This document shows, piece by piece, positions 23,441-32,784 of a stretch of DNA of 64,000 nt; the stretch's first letter is position 1; every line of letters begins with the position of its first letter. Both the position numbers and the translations under genes were made by a program. Source of the DNA: Minisyncoccales bacterium (lineage in GTDB: Bacteria; Patescibacteriota; Minisyncoccia; Minisyncoccales; JAGMDC01); assembly GCA_049642725.1 (NCBI GenBank), contig JBARPC010000016.1:14838-78837 (forward strand), read 5' to 3'. The notes beneath the pieces were generated by a model, which had not been told where the DNA came from, did not search any database, and was given only the letters and a program-made list of their open reading frames with translations.

Positions 23441-25465
23441 TTAATACTTTCCTGTTGCCACCAAAGTTAAGACATCAGAATAAGAACCGGCTTTCGTTGA
23501 AGCAGAAATAGCGGTCTTCAGAACAATATCAGCAGTATTGTTGGAACTTATCACGCCTGAAGCCGTAAGAATGGTCTGATTAGTTGCACTAATGGCAATA
23601 TCATTGCTGCCATTATTATCAAATCCTGCAGCAGCAGTCAAATTACTTCCAACTTGCTTGACATAAAGACCATAACCTTCAGTCCCGCCGGCAGTAATAG
23701 TTGAACTGGCAACTGCGGCAACCAAATGAGCAGGTGAGCTTGACTTGTAAAGTCCTGCTGAACCATTGCCTTCAACGCCAGTTCCATTGCCTTTGCTTCG
23801 GGCAGAAACAAGTGCGCCATTAGGAGCATTGGTAGAGACGGTTATCTGAATGGGGTCAGCAGCTCCTGGTTCAGAAGCACTACCAGCTTCATTAGAAGTA
23901 GCCCAAAAATCATCTGATGTGGTCAATTCGCCAAAACCAATAGAGGTGTCAGTGATAGAAAAAGTCAAAGCAGGATTAATATAGAATTCACCTGAAATAG
24001 ACGAACTGGCGGCAAAGTTATGGCTGTCGCACACAAAACCATAAAAGTTTTTATTGCCAACGCCGTCAGTATAAGCAATAGCATGAGTGGCTGAAGGATT
24101 AGAAGCGGTTAAAGATGCGCTTGCCCAGGTGCCGGAAGCGCATCCAGCAGAGCAGGAAGTCAAGCTGTCTGTTTTGCAGACAAAAAGCTTGACTGTATCA
24201 GTAGCTGTATCAATATCTGAATCCGAAGCAGTAGAAGAAAAAATCACGGTCTCACCCACATTAACAGCAAGAACAACAAGCGGCAAATCATACTCATTGA
24301 CATTACCTGAATCAATCCCAACTACATACATCTTGGTCCCGTCTGGTTTGAAGAATAGTCCGTATGGACTTGTTTCCTCACCTCCTACATAGAAAGCTTG
24401 AAGCCATACTGCGGTTGATATGTCCCATGGAGTGTCTAAATCATACTCGTTGACATCGTCTCCATTAGAACCCATCACATACATCTTGGTCCCGTCTGGT
24501 TTGAAGAATAGTCCCGTTGGAAATGTTTCCTCACCTCCCACATAGAATAATTGAAGCCATACTGCGGTAGATACATCCCATGGAGTGTCTAAATCATACT
24601 CGTTGACATCGTCTCCACTATAACCGATAATATACATCTTGGTCCCGTCTGGTTTGAAAAATATCTCTGTTGGAAATGTTTCCTCACCTCCTACATAGAA
24701 AGCTTGAAGCCATTCTGCTGATGAAACATCCCAAGCCGCCCACTCTAAAATTTCAAAACCTTGTATTTTTGGTATCCATTCAATATGTTCATTAACTTCT
24801 GTTTTTGTAAAAATTCCAATTTTAATGTTTTTATGGGGCAGTTCGTTCAAGCCCTGAAATTCAGTCCATTCTGTATAGCTATGGCATTCTATTTCATCGC
24901 ATTTTTCTTTTTCAATTCCATATTTGAATTTTAAAATTTTTTCTACTTCCTGATAATTATTTTTAATATCATAAAATTTAACTTCTTCAAATAAATTAGT
25001 ATTTTTATAATCCTTTAAAATAAGTTCCGCCACTTTTGTATCGTCGGAAGCAATCAAGACGGAAACCAAATAAGAAGAATTTAATTTTAATTCTATCCGC
25101 CTGTCTAAATTTTTATTCTCAATAGACAGCTTCTTTTCAAAAGCGTTATATGTTTTTGTTATATTCCCTCTTTTAATCACGCTGTTATTTGTCCTTAAAT
25201 CATTTATAAACTCTCTATCTTTTATTAGGGCTATATCTTGTTTTATTTCTAATTCTTCAAGATCAGAGTTTCCTGAATCAGTATCAGCTTGAACTTCCTG
25301 AATTAACGGCATTGGGGAAAACAAAAACACGCTGCCTACTATCTCCAAAAGCATTATCAAAATCAACCCACCAATGGAAACCCTGTTCGAGGTACCCCGT
25401 CTCCTCCGCACCCTTCCAAAATTCAGAGCTTTTTCGCCTTTAAGATTTTTCTTATTTTTCTTCAT
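23441..25465 (-). CDS. large surface protein: N-terminal anchor, three ~48-aa propeller-like repeats, Cys-containing Ig-like module, shared fibre module
   Basis: Repeats FFKPDGTKMY..G...D.VNEYDLDTPWD.STAV. C-terminal module nearly identical in part to 22192..23385. Confidence 0.7.
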   Translation of the reverse strand: MKKNKKNLKGEKALNFGRVRRRRGTSNRVSIGGLILIMLLEIVGSVFLFSPMPLIQEVQADTDSGNSDLEELEIKQDIALIKDREFINDLRTNNSVIKRGNITKTYNAFEKKLSIENKNLDRRIELKLNSSYLVSVLIASDDTKVAELILKDYKNTNLFEEVKFYDIKNNYQEVEKILKFKYGIEKEKCDEIECHSYTEWTEFQGLNELPHKNIKIGIFTKTEVNEHIEWIPKIQGFEILEWAAWDVSSAEWLQAFYVGGEETFPTEIFFKPDGTKMYIIGYSGDDVNEYDLDTPWDVSTAVWLQLFYVGGEETFPTGLFFKPDGTKMYVMGSNGDDVNEYDLDTPWDISTAVWLQAFYVGGEETSPYGLFFKPDGTKMYVVGIDSGNVNEYDLPLVVLAVNVGETVIFSSTASDSDIDTATDTVKLFVCKTDSLTSCSAGCASGTWASASLTASNPSATHAIAYTDGVGNKNFYGFVCDSHNFAASSSISGEFYINPALTFSITDTSIGFGELTTSDDFWATSNEAGSASEPGAADPIQITVSTNAPNGALVSARSKGNGTGVEGNGSAGLYKSSSPAHLVAAVASSTITAGGTEGYGLYVKQVGSNLTAAAGFDNNGSNDIAISATNQTILTASGVISSNNTADIVLKTAISASTKAGSYSDVLTLVATGKY
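24285..24745 (-). repeat. three tandem ~144-bp coding repeats (propeller-blade-like)
   Basis: Repeated DNA catcttggtcccgtctggtttgaagaa... and repeated peptide units. Confidence 0.7.
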
Positions 25466-25589
25466 ATTTGGACCCGTATAAATGTAATCTAACTTATTTT
25501 TGTACCTGTCAAATGTGAGGCGTAGATGTCAGGCATCTACGCTCATCTTGCTCTAATCTATTGTTAATTTATTTAAAACTTCTCTAATG

Positions 25590-25664
25590 TTTTATCCTAT
25601 ACTTCCGTTTTAGTCCGATATTTCAGGAAGCCAAGTGCTGAAATTCTCGCCATATTAGCTATTA
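25590..25664. repeat. 75-bp direct repeat, copy B (decayed promoter copy)
   Basis: Relative to copy A, the -35 is TTGGCT, the -10 is TAAAAC and the ATG is lost (ACATT). Confidence 0.85.
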
Positions 25665-25699
25665 ATTTTAGCAGAGTTACATTTCCATTATCAGGCATA

Positions 25700-26842
25700 T
25701 TATTGAATAAACTTCAGATAATTAGCTTGATGAACTACTGAAAATTCGGAATTCGGATAAGTTGTACTCCAATCAGCAGGAGGGACAACTTTATTTTGTT
25801 TCCACTTTATTTCGTAACCATATAATTTACCTCGTCTTTCTTCAATAAAATCAATTTCTTTCTTGTCGTAAGTGCGCCAGAAATAATTATTTGAAAAAAC
25901 TCCTGAATACTCCTGCTTTTTTATTCTCTCCGCAATAATATAGTTTTCCCAAAGCATTCCAATGTCATCTCTAATGCTCAAGGGATTAAAATTACTGATT
26001 AAAGCATTGCGAATGCCATTGTCATAAAAATAATAACGTGGATTTTTGCTTATCTCTTTGCGCAAATTTCTGCTGAAACCGCTAATCTTAAAAATAACAA
26101 AACTTTTCTCTAATAAATCCAGATATTTTTCTACTGTATTTTTACTCATGCTAAGTTGGGCCCCCATCTCAGTGAAAGACACTTCTTTTCCGATTTGAAA
26201 ACACAACAATTGCAAAAGACGGACAATTTTGCCAGAATATTTAATTCCATTCATTTCTAAAATATCTTTGTATAAATAAGAACTAATTATCTCTCTCAGG
26301 TATTGCTCCTTTTCCTGATTATTATCAGCTAATACTATTTCTGGATAAGATCCATAGATAAGACGAATTGCTAAATTTGCTTTAGTTTCAAATTTTTGTT
26401 CAATCCCGCTTATTTCCAATTGAGCCAGAGGAAAAATTCTCAAAATATGCTTTCTTCCAGTCAAGGGCTCTCCAGCGTCTTTTGCCAAATTAAAAGAAGA
26501 AGAACCAGTAGCAATTATTTTAATATTTTTCAAATGGTCAACGATAAGTTTCAAATTCAAACCGATATTATTAATTCTTTGAGCTTCATCAACTGCTAAA
26601 AGCTTATTCTCCCCAACCAAATTTTTAAGTTTGGAAATTGACTGGCTGCTTAAATACTCCTGAATACCGACATCATCTCCACTCACAAGCAAATATCTTT
26701 CTTTAGTTTGCTCTAAAAATTTATTCAAAAGCGTGGTTTTGCCGCAACGGCGCGGACCATAAATTATCACTGCTCTATTAGGCCGAATACTTTTCTTTAA
26801 ATTTTGTAATTGTTTTTGGGGAATATAAATGTTTGTTTCCAT
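25700..26842 (-). CDS. AAA ATPase with DUF4143-type C-terminal domain (paralogue B)
   Basis: Walker A GPRRCGKTTLL, Walker B LAVDEAQ, C-terminal WRTYDKKEIDFI pattern. Confidence 0.8.
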   Translation of the reverse strand: METNIYIPQKQLQNLKKSIRPNRAVIIYGPRRCGKTTLLNKFLEQTKERYLLVSGDDVGIQEYLSSQSISKLKNLVGENKLLAVDEAQRINNIGLNLKLIVDHLKNIKIIATGSSSFNLAKDAGEPLTGRKHILRIFPLAQLEISGIEQKFETKANLAIRLIYGSYPEIVLADNNQEKEQYLREIISSYLYKDILEMNGIKYSGKIVRLLQLLCFQIGKEVSFTEMGAQLSMSKNTVEKYLDLLEKSFVIFKISGFSRNLRKEISKNPRYYFYDNGIRNALISNFNPLSIRDDIGMLWENYIIAERIKKQEYSGVFSNNYFWRTYDKKEIDFIEERRGKLYGYEIKWKQNKVVPPADWSTTYPNSEFSVVHQANYLKFIQ

Positions 26843-26911
26843 ATAAAATTTTGATATAAATTTCGGTCACTCAACTGACTGAATTTTATCAAATTCGGGC
26901 AGTTTAGTCAA

Positions 26912-29900
26912 CTATTCCTTACTGATATCTAAAGCTGCAAAATTAGGCCGGTGGTTGACTTTGAAAGGAGATTCTGTGCCGCCGTTAGCCGCGCCTTGGG
27001 AAGAGGAAGAACACAAAGAGCTGGTATTGTGGTCGCAGACAAAAGCATGCCAGACATTGGATTCGCTATCACCCACTAAAGCTGTATAATTACAGCCGGC
27101 TTCAGACCCGGATGACGTAGAAGAAGATATACACCAATTACCATCGTCACAAGTTGGAGCAGCTTCGTTATTAGCGGTGATATTATTTCCCTTACAAATG
27201 GCTAAATAATAATTATCACTATCACCATCGGTGCCAGTCGCAGTAAAACTAACATTTGAATCCACATCAGTGGGCGAGGTTCCTGAAGACCCGCCATCCG
27301 AAGGACCCGCAGTAAAACTCGGCGCCGTTGCATAGGTGCAGTAGATGGAGTATTTATAATTATTAACATTTGTAGCATCTGTTGGATGACTAGGAGAATC
27401 ATAACTATTAGTACTATCTACATATGCTTGATTAGCATCTCCAGTATCATAATACATACCAGTTGCTACATCTTGAACTATCATCAAAACATAATCAGTT
27501 GAAGCGGTTAGAGTTGGTTCTGTGGAATAACTCGCTGTTTCAAGGGAATCAGTTGACATTGATATATCATATTCATTGACCTCATCGCCCCAAACCCCTA
27601 CAACATACATCTTAGTACCGTCTGAGCTGAAGAATATTCCACGAGGACCTGCTTCCTCCTCTGCCACAGAAAAGCACTGAAGATACACTGCGGTCGAGAC
27701 GTTCCAGGGGGTAGATAAATCATACTCGTTGACGTCAACTCCAAAATTCCCAATAACATACATCTTGGTCCCATCTGGCTTGAAGAATACTGCGTGTGGA
27801 GATTGTTCCTCCTCTGCCACAGAAAAGCACTGAAGATACACTGCGGTAGCAACATTCCAGGGGGTAGATAAATCATACTCGTTGACGTTATCTCCAGAAT
27901 CCCCAATAACGTACATCTTGGTCCCATCTGGCTTGAAGAATACTCCCCTTGGGACTCCTTCTTCATTAGATACAGAAAAGTTCTGAAGATACACTGCGGT
28001 AGCAACATTCCAGGGGGTAGATAAATCATACTCGTTGACGTCAACTCCTATGCGCCCGACAACGTACATCTTGGTCCCATCTGGCTTGAAGAATACTGCC
28101 TGTGGATATGTGTCCTGCCCTGCCACAGAAAAGTTCTGAAGATACACTGCGGTTGATATGTCCCAGGCAAAAGATGGGTCATAAACACTATCACTTATAC
28201 CATTTGTTACTATATTAAGATTACTTGCCAATGCTATAATCCCTTTTATATTTATACCTGAGGAAGGAACTGAATAATGAAATTTTATATTCTGAATAGT
28301 CCCCACATCAGATGGGCTGGTGAATTTAGAACCATACATATAATCAGCGCCTTGAGCATCGTCTAAGGTGCCTCCTTTTGTTTCATACCCAAAAGTCGGG
28401 TCAACACTCACGGGATAAATGGCGTTGTCCAGCCAATTCTGATCAATGGTAATAGTTAGCGTCTTTGTTTGCTCGTCTATATTCAATTCGCCCCAAACTT
28501 CTGTTCCAGCACTATCAATTATTTTCGGTCGGTAAATATGAAACGCTTTGCCTGCTCTGTAATTCTTTCCATTCGGAAATGCCTCGTAGTTTCCTGCCTT
28601 ACTTTCGTGATAAACAGCGTAAGAGTCAACTACATTTTCAGGTTGAAACACACCTTTTTCACTTCTCATATCTGGCTGATAATAAAACTTTAATCCTTTC
28701 GTTTCTATGTCTAAACTAATTATATTACTCGCTGGCTTCTCTTTTAAGATAACCTCAAATTCAAATCCCTCTGCGTGTTCTTCTGTTTTCTCTAACGGAT
28801 AGAAATGGGCTTCTTTTTTCTCTTCTATCCACTTCAGCTTGTTTCCTTGTAATTGGAGATTGCTATCTGTATCTGTGGAGACGGCTGTTGGCAAACTTAC
28901 AGAGACAAAACACTCCTCGTCCCATCTATGAAGTTTAACATAGGGAGCTAGGGGCGAATGTCTTTTGACACCTATTTCAATAACCTCGCCACTTGAAGAT
29001 TTAAGGGTATAAGTTCCATCTTCCATTTCTATAATTGCTTGAGGAGTTATTTCAGTATTATAATTTGGGTCAATGGTTTTTGTTTCACCAGCCCGAAGAA
29101 AAACATTTAAAGATAAAATCAAAAGAGCTTGCCCGTTCTTTCTTTCAATCCACAATTCCGGCTCAAATTCATTAGGAATATCTGAATAATCATAAAAAGA
29201 GAGATATTTCATATTTTGGCTATAGAAAGAAATCTTGCCGGGGCTTTCCAATTTTTGAGGATTTTCAGAAAGAGAAAAAATGCGATTATCCCAGTGTATT
29301 CTTTCTGCATTGATTTTATGTTTCAGGAGAAGGGATAAATTTAAATCCTGCTCGTTGTTATTAGTAAAAGTTAAAGTTTGCTTAATTCTTGATTCATTAT
29401 TCTCAATTCCTAATTCCTTGTAATGCGTAGTTAGGGAAATTTGGGAAAGGTCAACCTCGGTTTTTATGCTATGGCTTTTGTCAACCCCCACACCAAAATC
29501 TTTGGTGTGGGGGTCAATTTGTTTCGTGATTCTATATTCAGGAAGAGATTGAATTTCCATTCCTAAAAAGGATTTTATACTGTTTCCAGATTTTTCCCAA
29601 AAAGAAGGCGGCTGATAAAAATCCTGTTTATTGAAAATCGGCTCATTGGCTTCAATTGACAAACTTAAATCCTGAAATCCTGGTTTTAAATCAGGATATT
29701 CGTCTAAAAACTCATTTTCCAACAAATCAGAAATCAAATACTCATCAATAATTTTTGCGCTGCCAACTATTTCTTCCTTGTTATTTTCTTTTTTAGTTAA
29801 AGGAATATTCTGCGGATAAGAAGTTTCCTGAATTTCTAAATAAGAAGTTCTTAGTTTATAAAAAGGATTTTCTCCTTGTGCAGAAACAACCTGAAAAAAA

Positions 29901-29950
29901 GCAATAATGCCTATGGCTATAATAATAACGCCTAAAAAGTTTTTTTTCAT
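26912..29950 (-). CDS. 1012-aa secreted surface protein with four propeller-like repeats and a Cys-rich C-terminal module
   Basis: Signal peptide. Repeats FFKPDGTKMYV.G..G..VNEYDLSTPWNV.TAVYLQ.FSV. The C-terminal FVCD...S motif module is shared with 23441..25465. Confidence 0.75.
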   Translation of the reverse strand: MKKNFLGVIIIAIGIIAFFQVVSAQGENPFYKLRTSYLEIQETSYPQNIPLTKKENNKEEIVGSAKIIDEYLISDLLENEFLDEYPDLKPGFQDLSLSIEANEPIFNKQDFYQPPSFWEKSGNSIKSFLGMEIQSLPEYRITKQIDPHTKDFGVGVDKSHSIKTEVDLSQISLTTHYKELGIENNESRIKQTLTFTNNNEQDLNLSLLLKHKINAERIHWDNRIFSLSENPQKLESPGKISFYSQNMKYLSFYDYSDIPNEFEPELWIERKNGQALLILSLNVFLRAGETKTIDPNYNTEITPQAIIEMEDGTYTLKSSSGEVIEIGVKRHSPLAPYVKLHRWDEECFVSVSLPTAVSTDTDSNLQLQGNKLKWIEEKKEAHFYPLEKTEEHAEGFEFEVILKEKPASNIISLDIETKGLKFYYQPDMRSEKGVFQPENVVDSYAVYHESKAGNYEAFPNGKNYRAGKAFHIYRPKIIDSAGTEVWGELNIDEQTKTLTITIDQNWLDNAIYPVSVDPTFGYETKGGTLDDAQGADYMYGSKFTSPSDVGTIQNIKFHYSVPSSGINIKGIIALASNLNIVTNGISDSVYDPSFAWDISTAVYLQNFSVAGQDTYPQAVFFKPDGTKMYVVGRIGVDVNEYDLSTPWNVATAVYLQNFSVSNEEGVPRGVFFKPDGTKMYVIGDSGDNVNEYDLSTPWNVATAVYLQCFSVAEEEQSPHAVFFKPDGTKMYVIGNFGVDVNEYDLSTPWNVSTAVYLQCFSVAEEEAGPRGIFFSSDGTKMYVVGVWGDEVNEYDISMSTDSLETASYSTEPTLTASTDYVLMIVQDVATGMYYDTGDANQAYVDSTNSYDSPSHPTDATNVNNYKYSIYCTYATAPSFTAGPSDGGSSGTSPTDVDSNVSFTATGTDGDSDNYYLAICKGNNITANNEAAPTCDDGNWCISSSTSSGSEAGCNYTALVGDSESNVWHAFVCDHNTSSLCSSSSQGAANGGTESPFKVNHRPNFAALDISKE
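27556..28170 (-). repeat. four tandem ~144-bp coding repeats, related to 24285..24745
   Basis: Repeated DNA acatcttggtcccatctggcttgaagaatac... every ~144 bp. Confidence 0.7.
29485..29513. repeat. perfect 13-bp inverted repeat CCCCCACACCAAA-ATC-TTTGGTGTGGGGG inside CDS, flanked by TCAA on both sides
   Basis: Read directly. Encodes DPHTKDFGVGVD in frame. G/C-capped like the 14531 and 35560 elements. Confidence 0.8.
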
Positions 29951-29977
29951 ATAATAAACTTTTCTTCAAGAAAGTTA

Positions 29978-31372
29978 TTAATAATTTGTCTCTATTTCTC
30001 CTTGATTTTTTTCTTCCAGTAATTGTTCTTCTTCTAACTGAACATCTTCTTCAATTAGCTCCTCCATGCCCTCTTGTATGTCTTCTTTTTGGTTTTCCTG
30101 AACATTTCCTTCTTCCGATAATTCTTCTTCATTCTCTGTTTCTGATTCTTGGTTCAAAATTTCTGATTCATTATTTTCTTCCTCTATTTCTTGCTCGTTC
30201 TTGTCTTCCTCATCTAATTCTTCTTTTCCTGCGCCTAAATCTTCATTCTCTGTTTCTTCATTCTCTGTTTCAATTTCTTGATTCGCTTCAACTACCTCGT
30301 CTTCTATTTCTGATTTTTCTTCGCTTCTGTCCATAATCCAATATTCAAAACTTAAATCTTGTTCAGCCGGATTTTCCAAAATAACGCTAAAGGATTTTTC
30401 AGAAACATCTTTTGAAGCTTTCCAAAGAATATTTTCTTCATCAGAAAAAGCAATAAAAACCAAAGAATTCTCTTTTATAGAACTATTTACTATTTTAATC
30501 ACTTTTGCTCCTTGAGAAATAACTGCCTTGCCAGTAATTTGATAATCACTGGCCGGCTCCTCTGGGACCAAACCCTGTTTAACAACTAAAACATCATACA
30601 GAATATCAATCTTGCTTTTCATATTAGCTAAGTTATAAATTATATCTTCCAATTTAGAAAGAATAATATCAATCTTTTCTCCTATATTTGCTAATGCCTG
30701 TTCAATATTGCCAATTTTTTCAGACAAAAAATTTGTCAAATCTTGGAAAATATTAAATAAGCGGGAATCTATTTTAGAGATTTCTCCATCTTCTGAATAA
30801 TTTATATTTTCCAATTGTTCTATATCAAATAAAATTACTACATTAGTTTCATCGCCTAACCTTTCCTTAATCAACTTGGAAAGGTTTTCCCATTGCTCCG
30901 GGGTCAATTCTTCTTCCCCTAAAACCTCTGAAAGTGTGGTTATTTTTTTTCTTGGACACATTTCCTCCTGCCAAACAATTTGATTATCCTCACTCGTATC
31001 GCCTATTGAAATACTAAGCCAAAACGGAACTTGGCTTAAGTCAAGATTAATAAGATTATTACGGCCTAAAAGTATTTTTAAGTTTCCGTTCTTGATAAAA
31101 ATAGCATTATAAAAAACGTGTTCTTCTTCCCAAAGAATATTTCCTTCTTCATGCTGGTCATAAATTCTAAATCTTATATTGTATTTTCCGTCTTCAATTG
31201 GATTTCCTTGAGAATCAGACAAAATACCCTGATACAAAATCCTTAATTTCTTAATTTGTCCAACATCTTCTTCTTGGGCTTTTACCAACTTTCCAAAACT
31301 AAAACTTCCTCCCAATATAAACGAGATAAGAATAATCACTATAACGAACTTTTCAATATTACATCTATTCAT
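29978..31372 (-). CDS. secreted/anchored protein with extremely acidic Glu-rich C-terminal tail
   Basis: N-terminal hydrophobic segment. The C-terminal ~110 aa are dominated by E/N/Q/D. No recognisable family. Confidence 0.55.
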   Translation of the reverse strand: MNRCNIEKFVIVIILISFILGGSFSFGKLVKAQEEDVGQIKKLRILYQGILSDSQGNPIEDGKYNIRFRIYDQHEEGNILWEEEHVFYNAIFIKNGNLKILLGRNNLINLDLSQVPFWLSISIGDTSEDNQIVWQEEMCPRKKITTLSEVLGEEELTPEQWENLSKLIKERLGDETNVVILFDIEQLENINYSEDGEISKIDSRLFNIFQDLTNFLSEKIGNIEQALANIGEKIDIILSKLEDIIYNLANMKSKIDILYDVLVVKQGLVPEEPASDYQITGKAVISQGAKVIKIVNSSIKENSLVFIAFSDEENILWKASKDVSEKSFSVILENPAEQDLSFEYWIMDRSEEKSEIEDEVVEANQEIETENEETENEDLGAGKEELDEEDKNEQEIEEENNESEILNQESETENEEELSEEGNVQENQKEDIQEGMEELIEEDVQLEEEQLLEEKNQGEIETNY

Positions 31373-31391
31373 AATTATAATTCATAATTCC

Positions 31392-32705
31392 TTATTCACT
31401 CTCAATTATCGGCGCTAATATATATATGTATTCCTGATCTTTTGTTTCTTTAAAAATTGGCTTGATAATTCCTGATTTTTTATCTTCATGTAATTCTACT
31501 ATCACTTCATCTGAAAAAGCCCTTTCTATTTTCTTTTTTGTCTCCTCATCTGTTTCAGGAGGAATTACTACTATGCCTTGTTTTGCCGGCTTGGAAGTTT
31601 CTGGACGCGTAACATAGGACCAGATTTTTTGAGCGCCATTAAAAATATAATCTCCTGCAAAACAAACTGAATCTTTTATTTCCTGCCAAGCCAGGAAAAT
31701 TTTATTTTTAACAAAGTCGTTTGTGTTTTGATAACCCTGTCTAAAAACAATACCCGTATTAACTATTTTTTGACCCACAACAAGGGCTTGCTCTCCATAC
31801 CATTGCGTGAATCTCTGAAAAATACTTACACTATACTTAAGGTCGTCCCCTGCTTTAACACCTGCTTCAGCTAAAAAAGAATAAGTGTTTTTGCCTGTCA
31901 GTAAAACACTTGCTCCTAAGTTATAGAAATAGCCTTTTGTTTCTTTTTCTAATTTATCTGAATTTACTATTTCTCCTTTTCTCCATTTGTATACTGAATT
32001 ATTTATCTCTATTAAAAATTGATTGAGAAATGTTGTTGAATTTGCTAAAGAGGTATCTAATACTGCTTTTGAGTTTATTACAGAACTGCCTATTATTGTT
32101 GTTAGTTTATCTAATGAATTATTTGCTTTTTGAGAAATAATTGACAGTCCCTTAGAACCAGTGCCCGCCACAAAACTCATAGTGTTTTTAAAATCTTGGA
32201 CCGGATGCAAATCAATTTCAGGAATTGATATGTTTGGTATTGATAATTCAGGTAATTCAGGAAGCGACGGTTTTTTATTGGAAACTATACCAGATAATTC
32301 TTGGCTGGTTTTTGTTAGACCATCCTTGACTGACCAAATAGCATCTTTACTAAAGACAATACCAGTGAAGATTAAACAAAAAACCAAAACTCCTGCTATT
32401 GCGTATCGCATAGCATATCGGAATTTTGGCTGGTTAAATAGATTTGCCATGGTTTCTACTATACCAAGCTTTGGAAAGTTTATCTCTTTATTCAGGGCTT
32501 TTTTAAAATCTGCTTTTTCGGCTTCATGCTTTTTGGAATTGTGCTTTAAATAATCATCAAGCCATTCTTTCTTTGTTACCCAATTTCTGCCGAATTTAAT
32601 CGCCTTTAGTTTTCCTTGCCTCGCTCTCAATGACAAATACTCCTGTGAATAATCACAGTACCTTGTTGCTTTCATTAATGATATATAACCGTTCTTTTCG
32701 CTCAT
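31392..32705 (-). CDS. membrane protein with N-terminal excisionase/MerR-like helix-turn-helix
   Basis: SLMKATRYCDYSQEYLSLRARQGKLKAIKFGRNWVTKKEWLDDYL is an HTH_17-like motif, followed by a TM segment. Start set to ATG 32705..32703 rather than the TTG at 32723. Confidence 0.6.
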   Translation of the reverse strand: MSEKNGYISLMKATRYCDYSQEYLSLRARQGKLKAIKFGRNWVTKKEWLDDYLKHNSKKHEAEKADFKKALNKEINFPKLGIVETMANLFNQPKFRYAMRYAIAGVLVFCLIFTGIVFSKDAIWSVKDGLTKTSQELSGIVSNKKPSLPELPELSIPNISIPEIDLHPVQDFKNTMSFVAGTGSKGLSIISQKANNSLDKLTTIIGSSVINSKAVLDTSLANSTTFLNQFLIEINNSVYKWRKGEIVNSDKLEKETKGYFYNLGASVLLTGKNTYSFLAEAGVKAGDDLKYSVSIFQRFTQWYGEQALVVGQKIVNTGIVFRQGYQNTNDFVKNKIFLAWQEIKDSVCFAGDYIFNGAQKIWSYVTRPETSKPAKQGIVVIPPETDEETKKKIERAFSDEVIVELHEDKKSGIIKPIFKETKDQEYIYILAPIIESE

Positions 32706-32784
32706 AAATTTAATAATATTCAATATTGTCCGATATTTAAATTATTACTTTATTTTCTTATATTAAAAAGTCCTTGTCAATCAG

